Positions 53,125 to 60,559 of a stretch of 64,000 bases of DNA are shown here, piece after piece (position 1 is the first letter of the stretch; each line of letters starts with the position of its first letter). Origin of the DNA: a virus; IMG/VR virus record IMGVR_UViG_3300023184_003735, positions 32,001 to 96,000 of that record. One strand, written 5' to 3'. Made by a program: the position numbers and the translations under genes. A model generated the notes under the pieces. It saw nothing but the letters and a program-made list of their open reading frames with translations, was not told the DNA's origin and ran no database searches.

Positions 53125-53246
53125 ATTTTCTCCTTGATTAATGAAACTCAGTGTTTGTACTGAGTCATTATTATATAGCATAGGAGATGTCTAAGTCAAG
53201 GCATTTTGCCATTGATTTTTTCTATGTTGACAATTGATTTTGTAAA

Positions 53247-53555
53247 TTATGTAGGATCAACTTGAGAACTGGTTATGTTACCAGGATAAGTTAAAGAGGT
53301 TGGCACGGTTTGCATTGTTTCAAGCCAGGCATTGGCAATTTCCAATGTGTCCCAGGAACGCACTACAGTTCTTGTACCAGTATCATAATCTATGGTTTCA
53401 CTAACAAGATTGTCTGTATCTGTTGGTATTCCTTGCGATTGAAAAAATTCAAGTAATGGTGGTTTTGATTTCAATGTAAATTCTCTCACCGTTTCGGCCA
53501 TGACTTCTTGAGAATCTTGATAGGTAAATCTAAAAACTACGGTAGTTGTTGGCAT
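53247..53555 (-). CDS. Hypothetical protein
   Basis: AAGGAGG RBS; TATAAATA at 53587-53580. Confidence 0.65.
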   Translation of the reverse strand: MPTTTVVFRFTYQDSQEVMAETVREFTLKSKPPLLEFFQSQGIPTDTDNLVSETIDYDTGTRTVVRSWDTLEIANAWLETMQTVPTSLTYPGNITSSQVDPT

Positions 53556-53588
53556 ATTAGCCTCCTTAAGTTGATCATGTATTTATAC

Positions 53589-53665
53589 TGGCCGGCCCTG
53601 AGGGACTCGAACCCCCAACCTCCAGTTTCGAAGACTGGCACTCTAATCCATTGAGTTAAGGACCG
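53589..53665 (-). tRNA. tRNA-Arg(TCG)
   Basis: Cloverleaf; CCAGT-CTTCGAA-ACTGG anticodon arm; encoded CCA. Confidence 0.92.
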
Positions 53666-53671
53666 TTTTGT

Positions 53672-53745
53672 TGGTGCTCCTAACTGGTAACGATCCAGTG
53701 TTTCTACATTACCAATGCCGTGTAATGCTATTATACTATGAGAGC
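53672..53745 (-). tRNA. tRNA-Thr(GGT)
   Basis: Anticodon loop TTGGTAA; atypical T-loop ATCGTTA; some stem mismatches. Confidence 0.8.
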
Positions 53746-53748
53746 AAT

Positions 53749-53822
53749 TGGAGCGGGATAGGAGAATCGAACTCCTACGATAACCTTGGCAAGGTCACAG
53801 GCAACCATTACATCAATCCCGC
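53749..53822 (-). tRNA. tRNA-Gly(GCC)
   Basis: GCGGGAT acceptor strand, loop TTGCCAA, TCCA end. Confidence 0.92.
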
Positions 53823-53828
53823 CTAAAC

Positions 53829-54299
53829 TTACGCTGCCAAACTCTTGAATCTATCTGCGGCGTAACTGGCTGCAAATGCTTGGGGTTTGACAAAAGGTAT
53901 CACATTACATGTACCTTTGATGTATCCAATGGCTTGTGAAATTACACAACTTGATCCGTGCATTTCGTTGGGATTGATGTCCAGGTGAACCTCAACTTCT
54001 CGCCCTTCTAGTACCTCTGCCAGTTTAAGGTACAATTCGCTCACTTTGTATACTTCGGTCATCAAACGTAAACTAGGGCGACTGGCCTTCTGGTCCCAGT
54101 CGCGTTCACGTTGTACTTCGCCAAACAGTTTGCAACCGTTGTTGCCATTGATATGGACCACAATAGCCAGCACATAATCGGCATGCCAGGCACCTTCTAC
54201 TTTGACACGTTCACTATCGCAACCAAGATAGATTTTTGTTTCAGGTGTTTGGGCCCGGATAAATTCTGCCACTTGGTCAATGTCTAGTTTTTTCATCAT
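53829..54299 (-). CDS. RNase H-like YkuK/DUF458-family protein
   Basis: IYLGCDS, EVHLDIN, ASYAAD motifs. Confidence 0.75.
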   Translation of the reverse strand: MMKKLDIDQVAEFIRAQTPETKIYLGCDSERVKVEGAWHADYVLAIVVHINGNNGCKLFGEVQRERDWDQKASRPSLRLMTEVYKVSELYLKLAEVLEGREVEVHLDINPNEMHGSSCVISQAIGYIKGTCNVIPFVKPQAFAASYAADRFKSLAA

Positions 54300-54339
54300 T
54301 TGCCTTTTATTTAACTCTATAAACATTACGGTTTTATTA

Positions 54340-54416
54340 TGGTGCCCCAAGAGAGACTCGAACTCTCAAAATTTGGCTTTTAAGACCAACACGTATACCA
54401 ATTCCGTCATCGGGGC
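54340..54416 (-). tRNA. tRNA-Leu(TAA), short variable loop
   Basis: Loop CTTAAAA; 77 nt. Confidence 0.88.
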
Positions 54417-54424
54417 AAAAATAC

Positions 54425-54498
54425 TGGCACGGGAACTAGGGCTCGAACCTAGAATGACAGAGTCAAAGTCTGTAGTGTTACCATTACACCATTCCCGA
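54425..54498 (-). tRNA. tRNA-Gln(TTG)
   Basis: ACAGA-CTTTGAC-TCTGT; GCCA end. Confidence 0.92.
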
Positions 54499-54508
54499 AC
54501 AAAAATCT

Positions 54509-54583
54509 TGGTGGATGAGAGTAGAGTCGAACTACCACCGGACTCCGTATGAAGGAGGGGCACTACCATTATGCTACTCATCC
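54509..54583 (-). tRNA. tRNA-CAT (elongator Met, or lysidine-modified Ile2)
   Basis: Loop TTCATAC; G1-C72 paired. Confidence 0.85.
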
Positions 54584-54584
54584 T

Positions 54585-54666
54585 TGGTACCCCTGCCCCG
54601 ACTCGAACGGGGATATCATACTCCTCTGTTTGAGAGAGGCGACTTTACCAATTTGTCCACAGGGGC
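54585..54666 (-). tRNA. tRNA-Leu(CAA)
   Basis: CCTCT-CTCAAAC-AGAGG. Confidence 0.9.
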
Positions 54667-54671
54667 CGACT

Positions 54672-54748
54672 TGGGGTGCATGATGGGATTCGAACCCACG
54701 AGTATCGGAATCACAATCCGAGGTCTTGACCGCTTGACGACACGCACC
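54672..54748 (-). tRNA. tRNA-His(GTG)
   Basis: Loop TTGTGAT; G-1:C73. Confidence 0.93.
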
Positions 54749-54828
54749 ATACAAAAACACACTGCCTCTCTTTATGGTCGGAGCCCATGGTAAAGACGTC
54801 GCTCCTCGGCAGTGTGTTTTTGTATGGT
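54746..54828 (-). ncRNA. Long-stem inter-tRNA RNA element A
   Basis: 21-bp perfect inverted repeat, 54746-54766 and 54808-54828. Confidence 0.6.
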
Positions 54829-54852
54829 AGGGGCACAGAGAATCGAACTCTA
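54825..54852 (-). pseudogene. Orphan tRNA 3' fragment (T-arm, acceptor strand, CCA)
   Basis: TAGAG-TTCGATT-CTCTG-TGCCCCT-ACCA, starting at the HNH stop codon; no 5' half. Confidence 0.8.
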
Positions 54853-55431
54853 CTTCTCTAACAATCTTTTTGCTCTGGAATAGTTGTTACCCTTTGCCGC
54901 AATTCCTGCTTTGAGCAAACCTTGTCTTATACTACTGGTTTCTTTAAGACATTGTAGTAAAAATTCATCGGTTACTACATTTACGCCGTTTTTAGAAGGT
55001 TTGTTTCGTCCCCTCCATGTATCAGTGATACTATGGCAGTTTGGGCACAGTCCTTCTAAATTTTCTCTAGTATTGTTTTGATTGTTGCCATCTTTGTGCT
55101 CAAGTTCAAGTGGAATTTTGAACCCCTGCCACTCACTTACGCCACATTTATTACAGCAATGATTTTGTTCTTCAAATACTCTGCGTCGTCTGTTTTCCAT
55201 ACCTAATTCAGAAAATGGAGTAGCATTATATTTGTCTAGCCACGCCTGTTTGATATTTGCTCTCCATTGATCTACATCAGAGATAAGTCCACGTGTACTA
55301 GGCTTTCCCTTTAATGCAATACTTTTTTTACGTTTACTTTCATCGGAAAACTCCCGACTATTAGCACATGTTCTAGAACAAAATGTTCCAGATTTGCTAT
55401 GTTCTGTTTTACACTTAGGACATTGTTTCAT
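54850..55431 (-). mobile_element. Free-standing HNH homing endonuclease inside the tRNA array
   Basis: CPKC..FCSRTC, CNKC, LELEHKDGN...N...LCPNCH; AT-rich. Confidence 0.85.
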
Positions 55432-55491
55432 ATCGAACCCTATTAAATTATAGAAGTATTTAGTAGAGTTCCATATAAAACAACTCATAAA

Positions 55492-55565
55492 TGGTGAGAC
55501 CGGAAGGTACTGCCCCTTCTTAGTCGGATTAAAAGTCCGATACTTTACTTTTAAGTTACGATCCC
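55492..55565 (-). tRNA. tRNA-Lys(TTT), divergent
   Basis: TCGGA-CTTTTAA-TCCGA; T-loop GGCAGTA; D-loop lacks GG. Confidence 0.75.
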
Positions 55566-55617
55566 ACTAATCTTATCACTCTTGTCACTAGTCATGACAC
55601 TTCTCCTTAGAAAAAAT

Positions 55618-55692
55618 TGGTGCCGCCGGGTGGGAACGATCCACCGACCCTTGCCTTATCAAGACAATGCTCTACCACTGAGCTACGGAGGC
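55618..55692 (-). tRNA. tRNA-Ile(GAT)
   Basis: Loop TTGATAA; T-loop ATCGTTC. Confidence 0.88.
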
Positions 55693-55705
55693 TATAAATA
55701 TGCGT

Positions 55706-55936
55706 ATGATTACCGCTGACAATGCCATGATATTCTTGTACCAGGCGGCACAAGGCACTTATCAACAACGATTTTATTCTACTACCACACGCAGGTTCAC
55801 TCTTGATACCATGCTGATCAATCCACGGAAAGAGTTTAAAATTGATACTACGTTTGTGGTGCCTCCTCCAGGTTCCGACCCTGGTTCCCCGGATTTTCAG
55901 TCCGGTGCTATGACCACATCAGCTAAAGAGGCATAA
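55706..55936 (+). CDS. Small ORF antisense to the tRNA array
   Basis: TATAAATA (55693-55700)-N5-ATG; the 3' end overlaps tRNA-Phe on the opposite strand. Confidence 0.45.
   Translation: MITADNAMIFLYQAAQGTYQQRFYSTTTRRFTLDTMLINPRKEFKIDTTFVVPPPGSDPGSPDFQSGAMTTSAKEA
55857..55932 (-). tRNA. tRNA-Phe(GAA)
   Basis: CCGGA-CTGAAAA-TCCGG; T-loop GTCGGAA. Confidence 0.88.
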
Positions 55937-55937
55937 T

Positions 55938-56013
55938 TGGTACATCCTGACGGGCTCGAACCGCCGACAGCCTCGGTGTAAGCGAGGAACTCTACCAACT
56001 GAGTTAAGGATGC
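55938..56013 (-). tRNA. tRNA-Val(TAC)
   Basis: CCTCG-CTTACAC-CGAGG. Confidence 0.93.
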
Positions 56014-56018
56014 ATGTT

Positions 56019-56111
56019 TGGCGGAAGACGGAGGAGTCGAACCCCATCCCATTTTGTGAGAACCTGGTTTTCAAGGCCAGTCGCGGCACCAACGCCACTG
56101 CATCATCTTCC
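56019..56111 (-). tRNA. tRNA-Ser(TGA) with 8/4 acceptor/T-stem fold
   Basis: GGAAGATG/CGTCTTCC 8-bp acceptor stem, 4-bp T-stem, long variable arm, loop CTTGAAA, G73. Confidence 0.85.
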
Positions 56112-56117
56112 TGAATT

Positions 56118-56195
56118 TGGAGCAACGGGCTGGATTCGAACCAGCGGCTTTTGGGATTTGCAATCCCATGCATTGGGCCACTCTGCCACCGTTGC
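56118..56195 (-). tRNA. tRNA-Cys(GCA)
   Basis: TGGGA-TTGCAAA-TCCCA; U73. Confidence 0.92.
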
Positions 56196-56199
56196 ATAT

Positions 56200-56277
56200 T
56201 GGTCGGAATGGTGGGATTCGAACTCACGACCCTCTGCTCCCAAAGCAGATGCGCTAACCAGACTGCGCTACACTCCG
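56200..56277 (-). tRNA. tRNA-Pro(TGG)
   Basis: TCTGC-TTTGGGA-GCAGA. Confidence 0.94.
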
Positions 56278-56513
56278 AATTTTTTCTTGATCCACATACC
56301 AAACAGTGTGCCACAGTAGGCACCTGCTAGAGCAGGTATCAAGGCCCAATGGTCTTCTGTGTAGTTGATTACTGCTACACTGGCTGTGAAGGTCACTGCC
56401 ATGCTCCACCACGCGGCCATTAAGGGACGATTGTCTTGAATTGATTTCACAAAGTAAACGTAAATCAAGTCAGTTGCAAATACTGCAAAAAAAGTTATGA
56501 TATAAGCCCACAT
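56268..56513 (-). CDS. Small membrane protein
   Basis: Three hydrophobic helices. Confidence 0.6.
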   Translation of the reverse strand: MWAYIITFFAVFATDLIYVYFVKSIQDNRPLMAAWWSMAVTFTASVAVINYTEDHWALIPALAGAYCGTLFGMWIKKKFGV

Positions 56514-56514
56514 A

Positions 56515-56745
56515 TTATTTCTTCTTGTCTAGTGTGGGTTCTTGCGGGTTGTCTAATTCATGCGGTTCAGCGAATCTTGCGTTGCCACCGATGCCTTTCC
56601 AACTGTCTTCTGTGAAGATTCTGATGGGTCGCCAGTATCGAGCAATGATATTGTTGATCACCACAAGTGCAATTACCACGGCTATAAAGCCCAGTGCTGT
56701 CAAAATGCTACCGGCTAAAAATACTGCCGCTTGATCCATGTCCAT
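56515..56745 (-). CDS. Small membrane protein
   Basis: AAGGA RBS; N-terminal transmembrane helix. Confidence 0.6.
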   Translation of the reverse strand: MDMDQAAVFLAGSILTALGFIAVVIALVVINNIIARYWRPIRIFTEDSWKGIGGNARFAEPHELDNPQEPTLDKKK

Positions 56746-56761
56746 ATGTTTTTCCTTTGAG

Positions 56762-56835
56762 TGGAGCGGGATAGCGGAATCGAACCGCTGACACTAACTT
56801 GGAAGGATAGGGTAATACCATTTTACGAATCCCGC
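56762..56835 (-). tRNA. tRNA-Gly(TCC)
   Basis: GCGGGAT acceptor strand; loop CTTCCAA. Confidence 0.9.
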
Positions 56836-56858
56836 TCTTATACATTACAATGTATGCT

Positions 56859-56934
56859 TGGTGCCCCCACCATGATTCGAACACGGCACCTACTGATTAC
56901 AAATCAGTTGCTCTACCGAATGAGCTATAGGGGC
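56859..56934 (-). tRNA. tRNA-Thr(TGT)
   Basis: ACTGA-TTTGTAA-TCAGT. Confidence 0.93.
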
Positions 56935-56940
56935 AAATTT

Positions 56941-57016
56941 TGGCTCTCTAGCGTGGGCACGATCCACGGACCTAACGGTTAACAGCCGTTTGCTCTACCA
57001 ACTGAGCTACTAGAGA
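56941..57016 (-). tRNA. tRNA-Asn(GTT)
   Basis: AACGG-CTGTTAA-CCGTT; T-loop ATCGTGC. Confidence 0.9.
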
Positions 57017-57210
57017 ATAATTTCAACTGACTTGGCGTCTTGATCACGTATGGCCCACTCAGTGCTACCCACACGTATGTGTAGACAACAGGCCCCGCGT
57101 CGTAACACAGTCACAGTTCGTGTGGCAACAATGCCCATTTGCTGTAGTCGTTCGTTAGTGACGCCGGCTATCACAGCCTGGTCATGCGTTTTTAAGTCGT
57201 TCAATGTCAT
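57010..57210 (-). CDS. feoA: FeoA-like SH3-domain protein
   Basis: MTLNDLK...ERLQQMGI...VTVLRR...IRVGSTEWAIR..DAKSVEI pattern. Confidence 0.7.
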   Translation of the reverse strand: MTLNDLKTHDQAVIAGVTNERLQQMGIVATRTVTVLRRGACCLHIRVGSTEWAIRDQDAKSVEIIL

Positions 57211-57216
57211 ATGCTT

Positions 57217-57306
57217 TGGCGGAGCGTTAGGGAGTCGAACCCTATCAACCACTTTCATGATTGTACGGATTAGCAATCCGCTGCCTTACCATCCGGCCCA
57301 CGCTCC
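57217..57306 (-). tRNA. tRNA-Ser(GCT)
   Basis: Loop TTGCTAA; long variable arm. Confidence 0.93.
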
Positions 57307-57314
57307 TCTATAGT

Positions 57315-57343
57315 ATTATATAGTCAACGTGTGACCATGTCAA
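57315..57343 (-). promoter_or_regulatory. Internal sigma70 promoter in the tRNA array
   Basis: Perfect TTGACA-N17-TATAAT. Confidence 0.75.
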
Positions 57344-57351
57344 CAACAATT

Positions 57352-57436
57352 TGGTGGAGATGACTTGAGTCGAACAAGTAGTGCCAGGGGCGGCTGATTT
57401 ACAGTCAGCTGGGGTTACCAATTTTCCTACATCTCC
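57352..57436 (-). tRNA. tRNA-Tyr(GTA)
   Basis: GCTGA-CTGTAAA-TCAGC; variable arm. Confidence 0.92.
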
Positions 57437-57440
57437 AATT

Positions 57441-57515
57441 TGGTGGACCGTCCCGGGTTCGAACCGGGGACTGAGGCTTGCAAAGCCACTGTGTTCCCAA
57501 CTATACCAACAGCCC
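57441..57515 (-). tRNA. tRNA-Ala(TGC)
   Basis: G3:U70 pair; loop TTTGCAA. Confidence 0.92.
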
Positions 57516-57521
57516 AAATTT

Positions 57522-57599
57522 TTGGCGACCCCGAAAGGATTTGAACCTCTGACATTTGGTTTTGGAGACCAACGTTCTGCCGGACTGAACTACGGAGCC
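57522..57599 (-). tRNA. tRNA-Trp(CCA)
   Basis: TTGGT-CTCCAAA-ACCAA. Confidence 0.92.
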
Positions 57600-57620
57600 A
57601 TAACGCACTCTTGCGAATGC

Positions 57621-57703
57621 GTGTATCGAAGCACACCAAGGTCACAAACCCCGACCGTTCATGGCCGCACGAACCTTTTCGGTACTGGTATGCTTCGATA
57701 CAC
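57621..57703 (-). ncRNA. Long-stem RNA element B
   Basis: 18-bp stem (57686-57703 with 57621-57638); its one mismatch is a U-G wobble on the minus strand. Confidence 0.6.
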
Positions 57704-57797
57704 TCGGATTTTTTTATGTACAAGAACATAAGCCATCCCCGAGGCCGCCCATTTGCAGTTTTGAGTGTTGCAGGCTCGCGTTGCCTTGCACTAAATG

Positions 57798-57865
57798 AAA
57801 AACCCTGGAGTTTTAATTCCAGGGTCCTTGGTGTGAATACGGTTGTATACTATGTTAGGACCCTG
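57798..57865 (-). promoter_or_regulatory. Attenuator 1: terminator/antiterminator
   Basis: Terminator ACCCTGGA-N8-TCCAGGGT-TTTT; CAGGGTCCT at the end of the leader ORF pairs (9 bp) with AGGACCCTG, the terminator's 5' arm. Confidence 0.75.
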
Positions 57866-57968
57866 TGTCTCCTGGAATGCTTGCTGTCAAGCGACCATAG
57901 ACATGTGACCAGGCGGATGTCTGATTAAACATTGTCTTGGGTAGCGATAAACAGAGTTGCGTTTTCAT
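57855..57968 (-). CDS. Putative leader peptide 1 (37 aa)
   Basis: MKTQLCLSLPKTMFNQTSAWSHVYGRLTASIPGDTGS*; ATG 7 nt after the TATAAT of TTGACA-N17-TATAAT (58004-57976). Confidence 0.65.
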   Translation of the reverse strand: MKTQLCLSLPKTMFNQTSAWSHVYGRLTASIPGDTGS

Positions 57969-58048
57969 AGTATCAATTATAGTTTATTTATCATCTCGTG
58001 TCAACCACGACATGCTCTTTCTGTGTTATTTATACAACACAGTTGAAT

Positions 58049-58122
58049 TGGATGCGGGTGACAGATTCGAACTGCCGATGCACCTGGCTTATGAGACCGG
58101 TGTGGTGGCCACCCTACCCGCG
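58049..58122 (-). tRNA. Initiator-like tRNA-Met(CAT), atypical
   Basis: C1:A72 mismatch, loop CTCATAA, reduced D-arm; own promoter TTGACA-N17-TATAAT at 58167-58139. Confidence 0.75.
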
Positions 58123-58163
58123 ATAATATTATTTATAAATTATAAAACAAATAAAATTATTTG

Positions 58164-59018
58164 TCAACCAGGATACAAATTTTCTTCACTGTCAAATTTG
58201 TAGTCGTCTGGCAATACCACCTTGGTTGAGTGGTCAATCAACTCGGCTAACTGGGCGGTGGGTACTCCGGTGACTCTAATTTGTCTTCTCCTAGAGGTGC
58301 AAATTGGAACACCATGCAAAAAATAATCACTATGCAAGTATACCGGATCGTTTGTGGTAAACACTTTTTTGTTGTCATCTCCATCCAGTGCCCACCATAG
58401 CGGAACACCGCCATCACTGATGTTTAATGCAACGATCACATGACCTTGCTGATATAATCCATTTTCGGCACCAGCATTTTTAGCGAAAGGCAAACCAGCA
58501 TCAGCAGAATATCTTGCATCACGATGTATGTTACTGAAACTTCCTGGTGCCAAACTCACACAGTGTATGTTCACAATTCGTTTAAATGGCAATTGCTTCA
58601 AAATAAATTCTACAATTTTTAAATGTTTAAATTCGGGTTTTATTTTATAAAGTCTGTTCAAATGATGATTGCGCATGCAAGACCCACCTTCTCCAGCATT
58701 ACGTTTTACAAAATCGCTATCTGATTCAATAGTGATAAGTTCTAGCAGTTGATTCATTTCAAAGCCAGAAATCCCACGAATTTCTTCAGTGTATTGTCCA
58801 GAATTACCAATTTCTATCGACACGTTCATTTTATCATACAAGATTGGATCTATCATTCCCCATGCCCGATTGAGATTACGAGTACCATCTAAAGTTTGCC
58901 GGCGTGTACATATAGAGTGCGAAGTTGGTAAAATATATTGGTCATACTCTTCGACAAAGAGTTTGTGGTCAAAGTCGAGATTGAGTTTTGCGTAAGCAAG
59001 ATTTGCAAATTGGTGCAT
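58164..59018 (-). CDS. Oxygenase-like hypothetical protein
   Basis: NIHRD (HxD) ... FLHGV ... RRQIRV. Confidence 0.5.
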   Translation of the reverse strand: MHQFANLAYAKLNLDFDHKLFVEEYDQYILPTSHSICTRRQTLDGTRNLNRAWGMIDPILYDKMNVSIEIGNSGQYTEEIRGISGFEMNQLLELITIESDSDFVKRNAGEGGSCMRNHHLNRLYKIKPEFKHLKIVEFILKQLPFKRIVNIHCVSLAPGSFSNIHRDARYSADAGLPFAKNAGAENGLYQQGHVIVALNISDGGVPLWWALDGDDNKKVFTTNDPVYLHSDYFLHGVPICTSRRRQIRVTGVPTAQLAELIDHSTKVVLPDDYKFDSEENLYPG

Positions 59019-59095
59019 GTTTTTAGTAGTAGATATTTTGAAATCCAACAAGTGGAGTTTCTATTGAAAGTACTATATTTAGTTCAATTGATAAT

Positions 59096-60547
59096 TCATT
59101 GATCATGTTTTTCTAATTCGGGCACAAAATCTTTAAGTTTTACTCCACGACTATTATCAAGTACACGATTAAATTCAAAAAATTTTTTTAAACTTTCAGT
59201 ATCGGGTAGTGAATTTTTTACTTGAATTTCAATTCTATCAATTGTGGTTTTAAAATACTGATCTTGCTGATATCTCTTTAGTTGTTTGATCAACTGTAAA
59301 TTGTCAAGAATTGTTTGTGGCTCGGGATGATTCCAAGGCGATTGATCAGGTTCTACGCCAGCAACAAGATTCATGGAACAATGAACTTTTAAATATTTGT
59401 CATCTAAGAAATTATAAAGATCAAACAGGTGTGCAATATTATAGATACTGATCACAGTATTGAAGTTTGCAACACGACCCATATCATAAAGTGTAGCAAC
59501 ATTGCGACACCAGTTGTCCCATTTGATAGGCCATCTAATGTAGCGATTTAATTGATCAAATCCGTCTACACTCACACTAAATTCTAGATTAGGAAATTTG
59601 TTACAGTAGTCTAACATCTGAGTTGATAAGACTGATGCATTGGTGCTGACTTCAAATGCAATATCATTGCGTTGCTTTTCAATGCATTGGTCAAGGAATT
59701 GAAAAAATTCCTTGTTTATAGTGGGCTCTCCTCCGGCTATTTGTAGACATCGCACATGGTCAATGTCAACGTGATCAAAAATACCTTGTTTTTTGTGATT
59801 AGTATAGTTTGATAGACCAATTGCTCTATATTCTCTAGCAATGAGATGCGAATTGCCAGGAACACACATTCGACACATTGCATTACAACGATTGTCTAAT
59901 ACCGCATATACATACAATGGTGAAGGTACAGTTGTTACATCTTGTTGCGTTTTAATATTAAACTTGCTACTCCAAGTTTGAGTAAAATTTTGTCTTTGAC
60001 TGGTCATTCCTAGATCTTCTTTTTGCCAACAATGACTGCATTCATCAACACGTTTTCCCTGCAACATACTCTGTTTTACGGACTGGCTCCATGATGCATC
60101 AAATTTATCAGATGGTCTTGATTGCATGTGACAGCAATGACTTTTTTGCTTTTGTGTTTGGTATAGCCCAACGAATGGTACAATGCAAAAGGCTGGATTA
60201 GTATGTAATTCTTTTAGAATCCATGGTACCAAGTCGGGATTTTGATATTCCACTACAAAAGATTTTTGTAAGTCAAATATCATGCTGATTGTTATTGCAA
60301 AATCTTCAGCATTATTGTAAGATTCTTGATCTTGATCTAACAATATAATTTTGCATGATTTACCATACAACAGGGTCTGCAACTCAGCCGGTGTTATATC
60401 GTATATACTGGTATGATAGACACCAGAAGATAAGTTTGTATTTCGATCCAATACTAATTTATATTCAAGATCGTGTTGTTGTGCAATTTTTTGTGTAATT
60501 TTGTGTGCTATTTTATTGCCTGTGCCCACACATACAATTAGATTCAT
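59096..60547 (-). CDS. Radical SAM enzyme
   Basis: CIVPF..HCC..CSHC, CNAMCRMC, AGGEP; AT-rich. Confidence 0.88.
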   Translation of the reverse strand: MNLIVCVGTGNKIAHKITQKIAQQHDLEYKLVLDRNTNLSSGVYHTSIYDITPAELQTLLYGKSCKIILLDQDQESYNNAEDFAITISMIFDLQKSFVVEYQNPDLVPWILKELHTNPAFCIVPFVGLYQTQKQKSHCCHMQSRPSDKFDASWSQSVKQSMLQGKRVDECSHCWQKEDLGMTSQRQNFTQTWSSKFNIKTQQDVTTVPSPLYVYAVLDNRCNAMCRMCVPGNSHLIAREYRAIGLSNYTNHKKQGIFDHVDIDHVRCLQIAGGEPTINKEFFQFLDQCIEKQRNDIAFEVSTNASVLSTQMLDYCNKFPNLEFSVSVDGFDQLNRYIRWPIKWDNWCRNVATLYDMGRVANFNTVISIYNIAHLFDLYNFLDDKYLKVHCSMNLVAGVEPDQSPWNHPEPQTILDNLQLIKQLKRYQQDQYFKTTIDRIEIQVKNSLPDTESLKKFFEFNRVLDNSRGVKLKDFVPELEKHDQ

Positions 60548-60559
60548 TATAAATTTTGC

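Noticed and set aside
54825-55565. tRNA split by a self-splicing intron encoding the HNH
   Set aside because: The upstream tRNA-Lys is complete with its own CCA, there is no free 5' half, and there is no room for an intron core.
56019-56111. Selenocysteine tRNA or stop-codon suppressor
   Set aside because: The anticodon is TGA (reads UCA, Ser), not TCA; long ORFs read normally in the standard code, so there is no sign of recoding.
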